From contig DKGG01000011.1 of NCBI GenBank assembly GCA_002453155.1, positions 32,190-96,189 on the forward strand: a stretch of DNA of 64,000 nt. Reading direction: 5' to 3'. The DNA is from Bdellovibrionaceae bacterium UBA6776 (GTDB lineage Bacteria > Bdellovibrionota > Bdellovibrionia > Bdellovibrionales > UBA1609). Of the stretch, positions 54,921 to 63,415 are shown piece by piece. The notes beneath the pieces are model-generated. The model saw only the letters and a program-made list of their open reading frames with translations. It did no database searches and was not told the DNA's origin. Numbering within the stretch: position 1 is the first letter of the stretch; every line of letters starts with the position of its first letter. The position numbers and the translations under genes were made by a program.

Positions 54921-54944
54921 GAGCCCATGGATGGGCGTGTTTAC
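54921..54944 (-). repeat. Partial repeat: inverted copy of the 5' end of copy 0
   Basis: The reverse complement GTAAACACGCCCATCCATGGGCTC matches 52001-52024 (GTAAATACACCCATCCATGGCCTC) at 21/24 positions. Confidence 0.6.
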
Positions 54945-54990
54945 TTGAAGTGATTGTTAACCTGAAAAATTTGCTGTAGATGAGGAAAGA

Positions 54991-55028
54991 ACCCATGGAT
55001 GTCAGAGTCCAGCACGATTGAGGTCTAC
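54991..55028 (+). repeat. Partial repeat fragment (CCATGGATG + CGATTGAGGTCT)
   Basis: CGATTGAGGTCT is identical to the 3' end of the copy C core. Confidence 0.5.
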
Positions 55029-55099
55029 TAAAGTAAATCTTCTTCCTTCAAAGAGCTACAGAAATAAAACTAGAAAGAAACTCGACCAAATTCCACCAA

Positions 55100-56326
55100 T
55101 CAGTCTTGAAGCATCCGGTGGTGAAAACGTTTTTCTAGGGAAAGAATAAAAATGCAAATCAAACTGGCGCCGCCAAAACTCAATACCAAGGGGAGAATGC
55201 TCTCGTGATAGTACTTCCCAAGGAAAATTCCAATGGCCACAGATATTGTGCTTTGAACAAACCCAATCAAGGCAGACCCCACTCCGGCCACATGGCCTAA
55301 GGGCTCCATGGCCAGGGCGTTTAAATTCCCGAACAAAAATCCCACCGAAAAGAAAGTCAAAATCATATAGATCATAAAAACCATCAAAGGAGGTGGAGTC
55401 GAGGGAAGGTAATTGGTTAAATAGAGTGCAAAAAGATTAGAGATCAATGCCATCCACAAAAAAGCCCCAAGAATCAAACGCCGCATACCTAAAGCCATCA
55501 CCAGGCGGGAGTTGAAAAAAGAAGCCCCACCAATGGAAAGCGCTAGAATCCCAAACATCAGAGGAAAGAGCTTCTCCATATGAAAAATTCGCGAGAAAAT
55601 TTCTTGAGCAGAGCCCAGGTAACCCACAAAGATTCCAAATAAAATTCCCGAAACAATCATGCAAGAAACCGTCGTAGGTTGTCGAAAAGTCTCTTTAACT
55701 CCAAAAACTAACTGCTTGGCGGTGAACCCTCTTCTTAATCCCGGCGGTAGAGTTTCATGTTGGCGAATTGCAAACCACGCCCATAAACTCAAGGCGACCA
55801 CACACAAAAGAATAAAAATGGCTCTCCAATGAAAGAAATAAATCACTCCCTGACCCAGAGTGGGAGCCAATGCCGGCACCAAAATGAAAATGGTCATCAC
55901 CATAGAGGTGATCTGTGCCATCGCGTTCCCTTTGTACTCATCCCGAATCAATGCCAACGAAATGATTCGAGGAGCTGCTCCTCCAAAACCTTGAAGGAAT
56001 CGGCCGATGAGAAACCACTCAAAACTTTGAGTCATTCCCGCCAGAACGGAACCCATGGCAAAAATCGCAACGCCCCAATAGATGGGTGGCTTTCGGCCGA
56101 AGATGTCTGAAAGCTGACCAAAAATCAGCTGTCCAAATCCAAAACCCAAAAACAAAATGGCAATGACCATTTGCAATTGATCGGGTGTTTGAAGTCGAAA
56201 GTCTCTATGAATGGCGTTGAATGCAGGGAGCATGCTGTCAATGGACAGGGCAATCAATGATGTCATCAGCGCCATCAGAGTTACAAACTCGGGACGCGAC
56301 AATTTGGTGGGCGAATTCTGAGTCAA
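55100..56326 (-). CDS. MFS transporter, Bcr/CflA-like drug efflux
   Basis: 12 TM helices; N-terminal LIALSIDSMLPAF and GQL.DIFGRKP motifs. Confidence 0.9.
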   Translation of the reverse strand: MTQNSPTKLSRPEFVTLMALMTSLIALSIDSMLPAFNAIHRDFRLQTPDQLQMVIAILFLGFGFGQLIFGQLSDIFGRKPPIYWGVAIFAMGSVLAGMTQSFEWFLIGRFLQGFGGAAPRIISLALIRDEYKGNAMAQITSMVMTIFILVPALAPTLGQGVIYFFHWRAIFILLCVVALSLWAWFAIRQHETLPPGLRRGFTAKQLVFGVKETFRQPTTVSCMIVSGILFGIFVGYLGSAQEIFSRIFHMEKLFPLMFGILALSIGGASFFNSRLVMALGMRRLILGAFLWMALISNLFALYLTNYLPSTPPPLMVFMIYMILTFFSVGFLFGNLNALAMEPLGHVAGVGSALIGFVQSTISVAIGIFLGKYYHESILPLVLSFGGASLICIFILSLEKRFHHRMLQD

Positions 56327-56329
56327 AAT

Positions 56330-56776
56330 TTAGGAATCTTTCACAGAGGGGATGCCACAAAATTGAATCAAATTGAGTCCAACTTCTGGATTGGGCTTTC
56401 GAACCACATCCATATTCAAGGGACGGAAATTGATTTCACAGGTCACAGCGACTATTGCAGAAAACAAGTGTCCTCCAAAACATTTAAAATCAGGCCCACC
56501 CAATACGGTATGAATGTGAAAAAACGGTTCACCCTCTAAAAATGAAAGATTTCCCTCAAGGCTTAAAAGTTCCACTTCGTCCTTAAAGAGTTTTCGATCG
56601 TAAGACTTTGAGTGCAAATGAAAGAAGCCCAACTCACAATCTTTTAAGGCTCCAATTCCACTCAAATGCCCGGACTTAAGGGATTCAGCTTTGGCGAACT
56701 TTTGGAGAGAGCCAAACAAATCTTCATCTTTATCAATGCGAATAAAATAGCGGTCTTGGTCTTTAAAATATTCCAT
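56330..56776 (-). CDS. PPC (DUF296) domain protein
   Basis: G.LSGIGAL.D.ELGFF......Y....F....ELLSLEGNLS......FFHIH..LGG.....GGHL. I chose the ATG at 56776 to avoid overlap with the divergent gene. Confidence 0.75.
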   Translation of the reverse strand: MEYFKDQDRYFIRIDKDEDLFGSLQKFAKAESLKSGHLSGIGALKDCELGFFHLHSKSYDRKLFKDEVELLSLEGNLSFLEGEPFFHIHTVLGGPDFKCFGGHLFSAIVAVTCEINFRPLNMDVVRKPNPEVGLNLIQFCGIPSVKDS

Positions 56777-56865
56777 AAAGAGGAAGTAGGGATTGGCTTG
56801 CAGATTGTCAATAAAAGCTTCCGTTAGTATTGCTTCGGTCTTAGGAAAGTGATGGTATAAGGGGC

Positions 56866-58209
56866 ATGAAATCAAAATTGTGCTCAATCTTACCCGTGGT
56901 TTTCATTTTAATGGTGGCAATCAATCCTGTTTTGGGGACTTTTGCGGCTCATGCGCAGCCATCAAAGACGCAAGGCGCTTCGGACTCGCAAATTGAGTCT
57001 GAAGTGACGGCACGTTTGTCTTCCACCGATTGGTTTCCCAACTTGCGCGTGCAGGTCAAAAACGGCTTGGTCTTTTTAGATGGAGAGATTCCCTCGCAGG
57101 AAAAAAAGGACTGGGCAGAAAAACTCATTCTAAAAACTCCCGGAGTCATCGACATCGTAGATCGGTCGGAAACCACGTTACAGCCCCATGAAATTTTGAG
57201 TCCTGCTGCCGAAGAAACTCGAAAGCTCTTGCAACGATTTCATCGCTTGGTTCCCTATTTGGTTTCCTCCGTTTTGATCTTGATTGTTTTTGGCCTTCTT
57301 TCTTATTTCGCTCACAAGATCCTTTTGTCCGTCATTCAAAAACGCTTGAAAAGCATTCTTATGGCTCAGGCCCTGGCAAAAGTATTTGCACTTTTCTTTT
57401 TAATGATTGGCTTGTACTTGGCCCTAAAATCCAGTGGTCTTTCGGGCTTGGCCTATACGGTTCTTGGAGGTACGGGCTTTATTGGACTTGGAGTTGGTCT
57501 TGCTCTTAAAAACAGTTTGGAAAACTACGCCGCGGGAATTTTGATCAGTGTTCGAGAGACTTTTCGAAAAGGAGAGATCATTCAAATCAATGGGATTGAA
57601 GGCGTTGTCCAAGCGGTGACCTCCCGAGGGACCTCTCTGATGGACTATGAAGGGAACCATATCATCATCCCCAACTCAGAGGTTTTTAAATCCACCATAA
57701 AAAATCTGACCCGAAATCCAAATATGCGCGCGGATTTTGGAGTTGGAATTGGCTATGATGACTCTGTGGACAAAGCTCGTAAGGTGATTCGTGAAACCTT
57801 GGCGAAAATGGACACACTTATTTTGAAAGATCCAGATCCCTTGGTTACAGTAGACAATCTGGGTGCGGCCACAGTGAATTTGCGAATTTACTTTTGGTTT
57901 GACGCCATCAAATACAGCAAACTGAAAATTCAGTCGTTGGTGATTCAAAAGGTGAAAGAGGCTTTGATGGACGCTCAAATTTCTATGCCTGACGATGCCC
58001 GCGAAGTTGTCTTCACCAGTCCGCTGCATGTGGTTCAATCTGCTGAAAAGGATGTGCCGGCAAAAGCTCCTGATAAAATCAATAAAAGCGAAACTCCTTC
58101 CATGGTGGATTTTCATGGGGAGGACCTGTCCAGCGAATGGAACCAGGTTAAAAAACAGGCTCTCATGTCAGAGGCTTCAGAAAAGGGTGAAGACCTTTTG
58201 GGTCAGTGA
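56866..58209 (+). CDS. BON-domain + MscS-family mechanosensitive channel
   Basis: Signal peptide; BON-like VTARLSS....NLRVQVKNGLVFLDGEIPS; MscS core GEIIQINGIEGVVQAVTSRGTSL. Confidence 0.85.
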   Translation: MKSKLCSILPVVFILMVAINPVLGTFAAHAQPSKTQGASDSQIESEVTARLSSTDWFPNLRVQVKNGLVFLDGEIPSQEKKDWAEKLILKTPGVIDIVDRSETTLQPHEILSPAAEETRKLLQRFHRLVPYLVSSVLILIVFGLLSYFAHKILLSVIQKRLKSILMAQALAKVFALFFLMIGLYLALKSSGLSGLAYTVLGGTGFIGLGVGLALKNSLENYAAGILISVRETFRKGEIIQINGIEGVVQAVTSRGTSLMDYEGNHIIIPNSEVFKSTIKNLTRNPNMRADFGVGIGYDDSVDKARKVIRETLAKMDTLILKDPDPLVTVDNLGAATVNLRIYFWFDAIKYSKLKIQSLVIQKVKEALMDAQISMPDDAREVVFTSPLHVVQSAEKDVPAKAPDKINKSETPSMVDFHGEDLSSEWNQVKKQALMSEASEKGEDLLGQ

Positions 58210-58216
58210 GTGAACG

Positions 58217-58645
58217 ATGATTGTAACAGTAGGATCTCGAAATTTTGAAATTGCAGAGTCGGAGTTTCAGTTCTCTGCAGTTCGAAGTCGCGGTCCTGGG
58301 GGCCAAAACGTAAATAAGGTCAGCTCTGCGGCCCAACTGCATTGGGCTTATTTAAGTTCGCCAGGCTTAAGTGAGTCTCAAAAAAAAATCTTAAAGACAA
58401 AGTTAAAAAATCACATCAACGTCAAAGATGAAATTTATCTTCGAAGTGATGCTTATCGTGACTTTCCAAGGAATAGAGAGGAATGCATCCAGAAGCTTCA
58501 AGAGATGATTGAAAAGGCTCTGCACAAACCGAAACCTCGGAAGAAGACGAAACCCACCAAAGCCAGCCAACGAAAAAGAGTAGAGTCCAAAAAGCGAAAG
58601 GGCCAATTGAAATCCAGTCGCGGAAAAGTCAGCTACGACGGCTAA
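58217..58645 (+). CDS. arfB: Alternative ribosome-rescue factor ArfB (peptidyl-tRNA hydrolase, GGQ domain + basic tail)
   Basis: RSRGPGGQNVNKVSSA plus a Lys/Arg-rich C-terminal tail. Confidence 0.85.
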   Translation: MIVTVGSRNFEIAESEFQFSAVRSRGPGGQNVNKVSSAAQLHWAYLSSPGLSESQKKILKTKLKNHINVKDEIYLRSDAYRDFPRNREECIQKLQEMIEKALHKPKPRKKTKPTKASQRKRVESKKRKGQLKSSRGKVSYDG

Positions 58646-59181
58646 AAAGAAGATCCCGGCTGTTTTAAAAATTCGACTTCCTCGGGAGTAGAAATCCTTC
58701 CAAGAATTTCGTTGCGATGAGGGTAGCGACCAAAGCGGTCTATAATCACTTTGTGTTTTTTCTCAAAATCCAAATTGAAGTCCAATCCAGGTCGGGAAAA
58801 CAGCTTTATGGCTTCCTCATGAATTAACGAAGACTCACTGTGCATGTAGGGCATCAACAAAAAGGCCTGTTTTTGGGGAGGAAGTTCACTGAGGGCTCCA
58901 CCCAAAACCGCCTCTTGGGATAAGATCAATGCCAAGCTGTCTTGTGCAAAAGATTCCGGCTTCCCGCGAAAGATGTTCCTAGAAAACTGATCCAAAACAA
59001 GGATTTCTGCCAGTCGCCCTTCTGCAGAGGTTCGCCAATTAAAAAGTTCTCCGCGAGCCGCCGCCAGCAAGGTGGGCAAAAACCTTTCGGCAATTTGGGC
59101 ATCCAAATCAGGATTTTTCTCCCACCATTGTTTTGAGTTCAACTCTTGGAACCAAAAGGTTATTATAGATTTTGAAGTCAT
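58642..59181 (-). CDS. DUF924-family protein
   Basis: FWF......WW.KNPDLD..I..RF and LDQFSRNIFRG patterns. Confidence 0.8.
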   Translation of the reverse strand: MTSKSIITFWFQELNSKQWWEKNPDLDAQIAERFLPTLLAAARGELFNWRTSAEGRLAEILVLDQFSRNIFRGKPESFAQDSLALILSQEAVLGGALSELPPQKQAFLLMPYMHSESSLIHEEAIKLFSRPGLDFNLDFEKKHKVIIDRFGRYPHRNEILGRISTPEEVEFLKQPGSSF

Positions 59182-59267
59182 CCTCGGATTATAGCGATCT
59201 TAGTGGAAAGATCAAAACCGAAGACAGCAATTGCCTTGGGATTGTCCAATGAGCGATGATTGCTTTT

Positions 59268-59738
59268 ATGAAAAAAGAAGATCTCCTCAAGAAACTGATC
59301 CAAAAGGTGACCGAAAATTTGGAGTCCCTCACTCAGTCGGCTTTGGATGCGAAGGCTGCAGCAACAGACGAAGAGGCAAAGCCAGAAAACAAATACGACA
59401 CTCGTGCGTTGGAGTCCTCCTACTTGGCAGAAGCCCAATCGGTTCGGGTGGGGGAGCTCAAAAGGGCTCTTCATGGGCTTCAAAACTTTCAGATGAAAAA
59501 TTTTGAATCCATCCAGAAGATTGAAGTTGGAGCACTGATCGAAGTGGATGTGGAGGATCTTGGAACAAGGCGGTGGTTTTTTCTGCCCTTTGCTGGAGGC
59601 GAGAAAGTCGAAAATGTATTCGTCGTCACTCCCGAAGCTCCTTTGGGGAAAAAGCTTCTGGGGCTTTCGGTAGGAGACGTTTTTGATCACAATCTTCAAG
59701 GTCAAATGAGAGAGTGTGAGATCACGAAAGTGCTCTAG
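59268..59738 (+). CDS. GreA/GreB C-terminal-domain-like protein
   Basis: KPENKYDTRALESSYLAEAQ and ..VVTPEAPLGKKLLGLSVGD resemble this family. Confidence 0.6.
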   Translation: MKKEDLLKKLIQKVTENLESLTQSALDAKAAATDEEAKPENKYDTRALESSYLAEAQSVRVGELKRALHGLQNFQMKNFESIQKIEVGALIEVDVEDLGTRRWFFLPFAGGEKVENVFVVTPEAPLGKKLLGLSVGDVFDHNLQGQMRECEITKVL

Positions 59739-60423
59739 TGCGGGCTCTTTCCAACGCCAATTGAACCGTCTTTGCCAAAATCTCGTCTGTGGGTTCGTGG
59801 GCAGCCTCAGGAAAGCTCGAAAAAGTTCCTTGATGTGACTTTGGCAATTTCTCGAAACATTCTCGAGCGACTTGAGGATCTACAGTTTCGTCAAGATCGC
59901 CGTGGAGTCCATCCACGATCAGCTTGGAATTCCATTTTGGATTATTGATCTTAAACTGACTGCCCACTCCAATAAGGTGATCCACGCAATCTAAAGACTC
60001 GGCCATGTGTCCAGCCGCATAACCACCCTGGGAGTAACCAATCAAAGTGCAAGGCGTTTTCTCATAGCCCAAGTGGACCACGAGGTTTCGAAGGTAATCT
60101 TTGCAAACTTCGTAATCGATAAAATACGTCTTTTTATCCATGTCAAAAAAATACCAGGAGTAACCCACGTAATGTCCCCAAGATTTTTTTACGGGAATGG
60201 GAAAGGGACCATTGGGAGCAAGCACGGTGCATTCTTCTGGAAAAAGACTTCCAAACCAGGACATCATTTTTTTTCCGGTGTAAAGATAACCATGGCACAA
60301 GATGTAGATGCGGTTTGAGTCAGAACCTTTTCTGAGGTGGTAGCTCAATCTGGTGAGGCTTGGCTGAAAGAACTCTTGTTCAGGCTCTAAATCTGAAGGC
60401 TTTGTCACGTGAACCTCCTCCAT
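59722..60423 (-). CDS. Alpha/beta-fold esterase (phospholipase/carboxylesterase-like)
   Basis: Nucleophile elbow LIGYSQGG. I chose the ATG at 60423 to avoid overlapping the divergent GST. Confidence 0.7.
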   Translation of the reverse strand: MEEVHVTKPSDLEPEQEFFQPSLTRLSYHLRKGSDSNRIYILCHGYLYTGKKMMSWFGSLFPEECTVLAPNGPFPIPVKKSWGHYVGYSWYFFDMDKKTYFIDYEVCKDYLRNLVVHLGYEKTPCTLIGYSQGGYAAGHMAESLDCVDHLIGVGSQFKINNPKWNSKLIVDGLHGDLDETVDPQVARECFEKLPKSHQGTFSSFPEAAHEPTDEILAKTVQLALERARTRALS

Positions 60424-60505
60424 TGAACGCAGGGTTAAAAGATGACCATAAATCCATTCAGTGATAATTTCATTTTTTAAATTCTCTTTCGAGGAAGGAC
60501 TTGAA

Positions 60506-61159
60506 ATGTCTGAGCCTATCCAATTGTATTCTTTGGCAACTCCCAACGGACAGAAAGTTTCCATTGCTTTGGAAGAAATGGAGCTTCCCTATGTGGCTCA
60601 TCGAATTGACATTATGAAAGGTGAGCAATTTGCACCGTCATTTAAAAAAATCAATCCCAACTCGAAAATTCCAGCGATCATAGATCCAAAGGCCGACGGC
60701 GGCGAAGATTTTTGCATTTTTGAATCTGGAGCCATTTTAACCTACTTGGCGGATAAGTCCGGAAAATTCCTTTCTGATGATCCTTTTGTTCGCAACAGGA
60801 CTTTGCAGTGGCTCTATTTTCAAGTGGGAGGAGTGGGCCCAATGTTTGGGCAATTTGGTCATTTTTATAAGTATGCTAAAGAAAAGTGCAAGGATCCTTA
60901 TCCTTTAGAAAGGTACACCAAGGAAACCCAACGTCTTTTGGGTGTGATTGACGACCGACTCTCAGAAAATTCTTACCTGGCGGGCGAAGAGTTGAGCATT
61001 GCGGATTTTGCGACCTTTCCGTGGGTGGTTTGTTTGGATGTTCACTATCAGGCAGAAGATCACCTCAAACTGAATCAGTTTAAAAATGTGCAAAATTGGG
61101 TCGCAAAACTCAAAAGTCGTCCCGCCTTGCAGCGGGGCCTTGAAGTCTGCCCCATCTAG
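60506..61159 (+). CDS. Glutathione S-transferase (Nu-class, YfcG/YghU-like)
   Basis: IQLYSLATPNGQKVSIALEE..L.Y....D.....QF...F..INPNSKIPAI.D. Confidence 0.85.
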   Translation: MSEPIQLYSLATPNGQKVSIALEEMELPYVAHRIDIMKGEQFAPSFKKINPNSKIPAIIDPKADGGEDFCIFESGAILTYLADKSGKFLSDDPFVRNRTLQWLYFQVGGVGPMFGQFGHFYKYAKEKCKDPYPLERYTKETQRLLGVIDDRLSENSYLAGEELSIADFATFPWVVCLDVHYQAEDHLKLNQFKNVQNWVAKLKSRPALQRGLEVCPI

Positions 61160-61312
61160 AGCAGGAGCGGATCTTAAGGCTTTCATGAAAAAGAATCGCT
61201 TCAGGCTCTTGGTCTAAAAATTTACACATTTTCGAAAACTCTCTTCCAATAAAAAAAGTCCCATTTCCCCTATTCTGAGAGTGGACATTACGGTCACTGC
61301 GAAGGGAGGCAC

Positions 61313-61789
61313 ATGGAGTCCATATTTCAAGTTTTAAAGAAAGATCACGACCTCCAAAGAGAGATTCTAAATGACCTTGTTGATGAAAATTTAAGTGCCG
61401 CACGTAGAGACGAACTTTACGAAAGGCTGCGTTTTGAAATCAAGCGCCATTCGAAGTTCGAAGAAAAATATTTTTATAGAGTTCTTATGAAGGATGAGCG
61501 CACACGAAATCATGTTCGGCAGTGTGTATCGGATCATCATGTGATGACTGAGATCCTCGAGGACTTGGACTCTCTTTCGCGAGAATCTAATGGTTGGCGA
61601 ATGAAAGTCAAAACACTGCGAGACATTTTTAGTCATCATTTGGACCGGGAGGAAAAATCGCTCTTTGAAAAAGCGAAAGAGGTTTTGGATCCCGCACAGA
61701 TGTCACAAATGGCAAATCGATTTCGATTTGGTTCACCCAATGAAATTGAGTTGTTCGGTCTCGCGTCCTTCAACATTTTTGGAAAATAG
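61313..61789 (+). CDS. Hemerythrin HHE cation-binding domain protein
   Basis: LKKDHD..REIL...., H.K.EE..FY, DHH..., HHLDREE histidine/glutamate pattern. Confidence 0.75.
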   Translation: MESIFQVLKKDHDLQREILNDLVDENLSAARRDELYERLRFEIKRHSKFEEKYFYRVLMKDERTRNHVRQCVSDHHVMTEILEDLDSLSRESNGWRMKVKTLRDIFSHHLDREEKSLFEKAKEVLDPAQMSQMANRFRFGSPNEIELFGLASFNIFGK

Positions 61790-61811
61790 ATTTTAAAGAA
61801 AGGAGCTCATC

Positions 61812-61982
61812 ATGAGTCAAAAGAATTATTTGGAAGAAAATAAACGAAAGCAAGAAGCCATCAAAAGAGAAAACGAATTTTTAAAAAAAGAAGTGATGGA
61901 CAAGGGCGTGGACCGAGTTTCAACCGCTCAAAATATCCAATCCAATATGGAGAGATTGGTTGAGGATGGAGATTCAAAGTAA
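61812..61982 (+). CDS. Unannotated small ORF, 56 aa, highly charged and helical
   Basis: AAGGAG 6 nt upstream of the ATG; MSQKNYLEENKRKQEAIKRENEFLKKEVMDKG..; under 60 aa so absent from the ORF track. Confidence 0.5.
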   Translation: MSQKNYLEENKRKQEAIKRENEFLKKEVMDKGVDRVSTAQNIQSNMERLVEDGDSK

Positions 61983-61986
61983 ATCT

Positions 61987-63363
61987 CTAAATCCAAGAAA
62001 TTTGAAAACTGGGATGGGGTTCTTTTTCTAGAAAACGAATCAATGCGCCTCTCTCAAGGAGGACTTCCCTAACGATACTTAACCCAAGCCCAAGATTTTT
62101 TTCTCTGGAGGAGAATTTTGTGTCGAACAATTGACTCCAATAAGCTTCGGGTATCGGCGGGCCCGAGTCTGAAAAGAGAAGATTGATCTGGTCTTTATTT
62201 TTTGAAACTTTCACGAAGATCTTTCGGTCTCCATCAAATTGTTCAAGTGCATTGATCGAATTTTGAACAAGATTGCCAAAGACGACGATGCCTTCCGAAT
62301 GGGACAACCGCACAGCCAAATCTTCAGGACACTGAATTTGAAATTGAATGCGATTTCGAGTCATTGAGAAGTGGTAAATCTCGAAAACCAGATTTAAAAT
62401 TTTTAACAAATTGATATTTTGATTCGGATCGTAGGCTTTGTTGTCCAACTTCATTCGGTTGGTATAATGGCAAATCAACTCTGACATTCCATCTGTGATT
62501 TTTTCTGTCTTTGAATTTCGAAGGTTTGCAGGGATCTGATTTTTCAGTTCTAAAATCAACGATTTTAAATCATGGCGCAATTGTTGGGCGATTCTTCCCG
62601 CTTCGGAAAGGCGGGCCAATCGGGACACTTCATCCGAGAGATTTTGAATTTTATACCAATGCTCAGAGAACAAATAAATTTGAAAGCGATAACTTTCAAA
62701 GACAAAGCCCAGGTATCCCAAGGGAACCAAAAAGGAAAAGGTTGTCGAGCCGGTGCCCATCAAGTTGTCATTAAAAACAGTGGTCAACGTGGTCAAGATT
62801 CCCAAGGTCAATAAAGGCTCTTTCCTTCGCTCTTTGTACAGTCGCTGAAGAAAATAAAGGTTTCCACAAAGAGCAAATGATCCAGAAGCGGCAAGGATCA
62901 GTCCGCCTTGAGGCTTTAGATTCCGCATTCCAAAAAAGGAAGCCATTTTCGGATTGGGATGAATCTGAGGGGTCAGCTCATAGAGCAGAGATACATTATC
63001 CAACAGAAGGGGCAGAAAGTAGATGAAGGTTCCAAAGAAAAAAAAGAACAGGATGACAGATGTGAAGAACCTGGTGATTCGATTTTCCCAGTTCAATATT
63101 TTTGAGATCGTTTTGAAGTAGAGATAAACAGATCCAGACCCACAGAGAAAGGCCACAGGCATTCCCATTTTGAGTTTCCACGCCGAAGGCTCACCGGTGC
63201 TGACCCATAATGCAATGTAACAATAAAATGCGTTGAGCAGAGAAAGGATGGCATTGGTTAAGGCGAGGGGAATGCGTGACTTGAACCAAATTCCCAAGGC
63301 AAAAGCAAAAAACAGAAGGTAGATTCCACTCACTGTGGTTGTGAATATGGCCCAAATATCCAT
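61987..63363 (-). CDS. Sensor histidine kinase with a polytopic (about 6-7 TM) N-terminal sensor region
   Basis: H-box AQQLRHDLKSL; ATPase boxes GNLVQNSINA, DSGPPIP, GLGLSIVREV. Confidence 0.8.
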   Translation of the reverse strand: MDIWAIFTTTVSGIYLLFFAFALGIWFKSRIPLALTNAILSLLNAFYCYIALWVSTGEPSAWKLKMGMPVAFLCGSGSVYLYFKTISKILNWENRITRFFTSVILFFFFFGTFIYFLPLLLDNVSLLYELTPQIHPNPKMASFFGMRNLKPQGGLILAASGSFALCGNLYFLQRLYKERRKEPLLTLGILTTLTTVFNDNLMGTGSTTFSFLVPLGYLGFVFESYRFQIYLFSEHWYKIQNLSDEVSRLARLSEAGRIAQQLRHDLKSLILELKNQIPANLRNSKTEKITDGMSELICHYTNRMKLDNKAYDPNQNINLLKILNLVFEIYHFSMTRNRIQFQIQCPEDLAVRLSHSEGIVVFGNLVQNSINALEQFDGDRKIFVKVSKNKDQINLLFSDSGPPIPEAYWSQLFDTKFSSREKNLGLGLSIVREVLLERGALIRFLEKEPHPSFQISWI

Positions 63364-63415
63364 TGGCTTGATTCTTTAATTGTTCCTTAGTTTAAAATTC
63401 GGTAGCTTCATTGTT

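Noticed and set aside
222-63181. Many 60-215-aa ORFs in the track that lie antisense to or nested in longer genes (for example 964-1308, 4700-5089, 9743-10225, 13291-13797, 15843-16421, 25907-26554, 32493-32984, 45913-46413, 57676-58116)
   Set aside because: Each is fully or largely contained within a longer ORF that has clear family motifs. They lack SD sequences and have low-complexity or Cys/Arg/Ser-rich shadow-frame composition.
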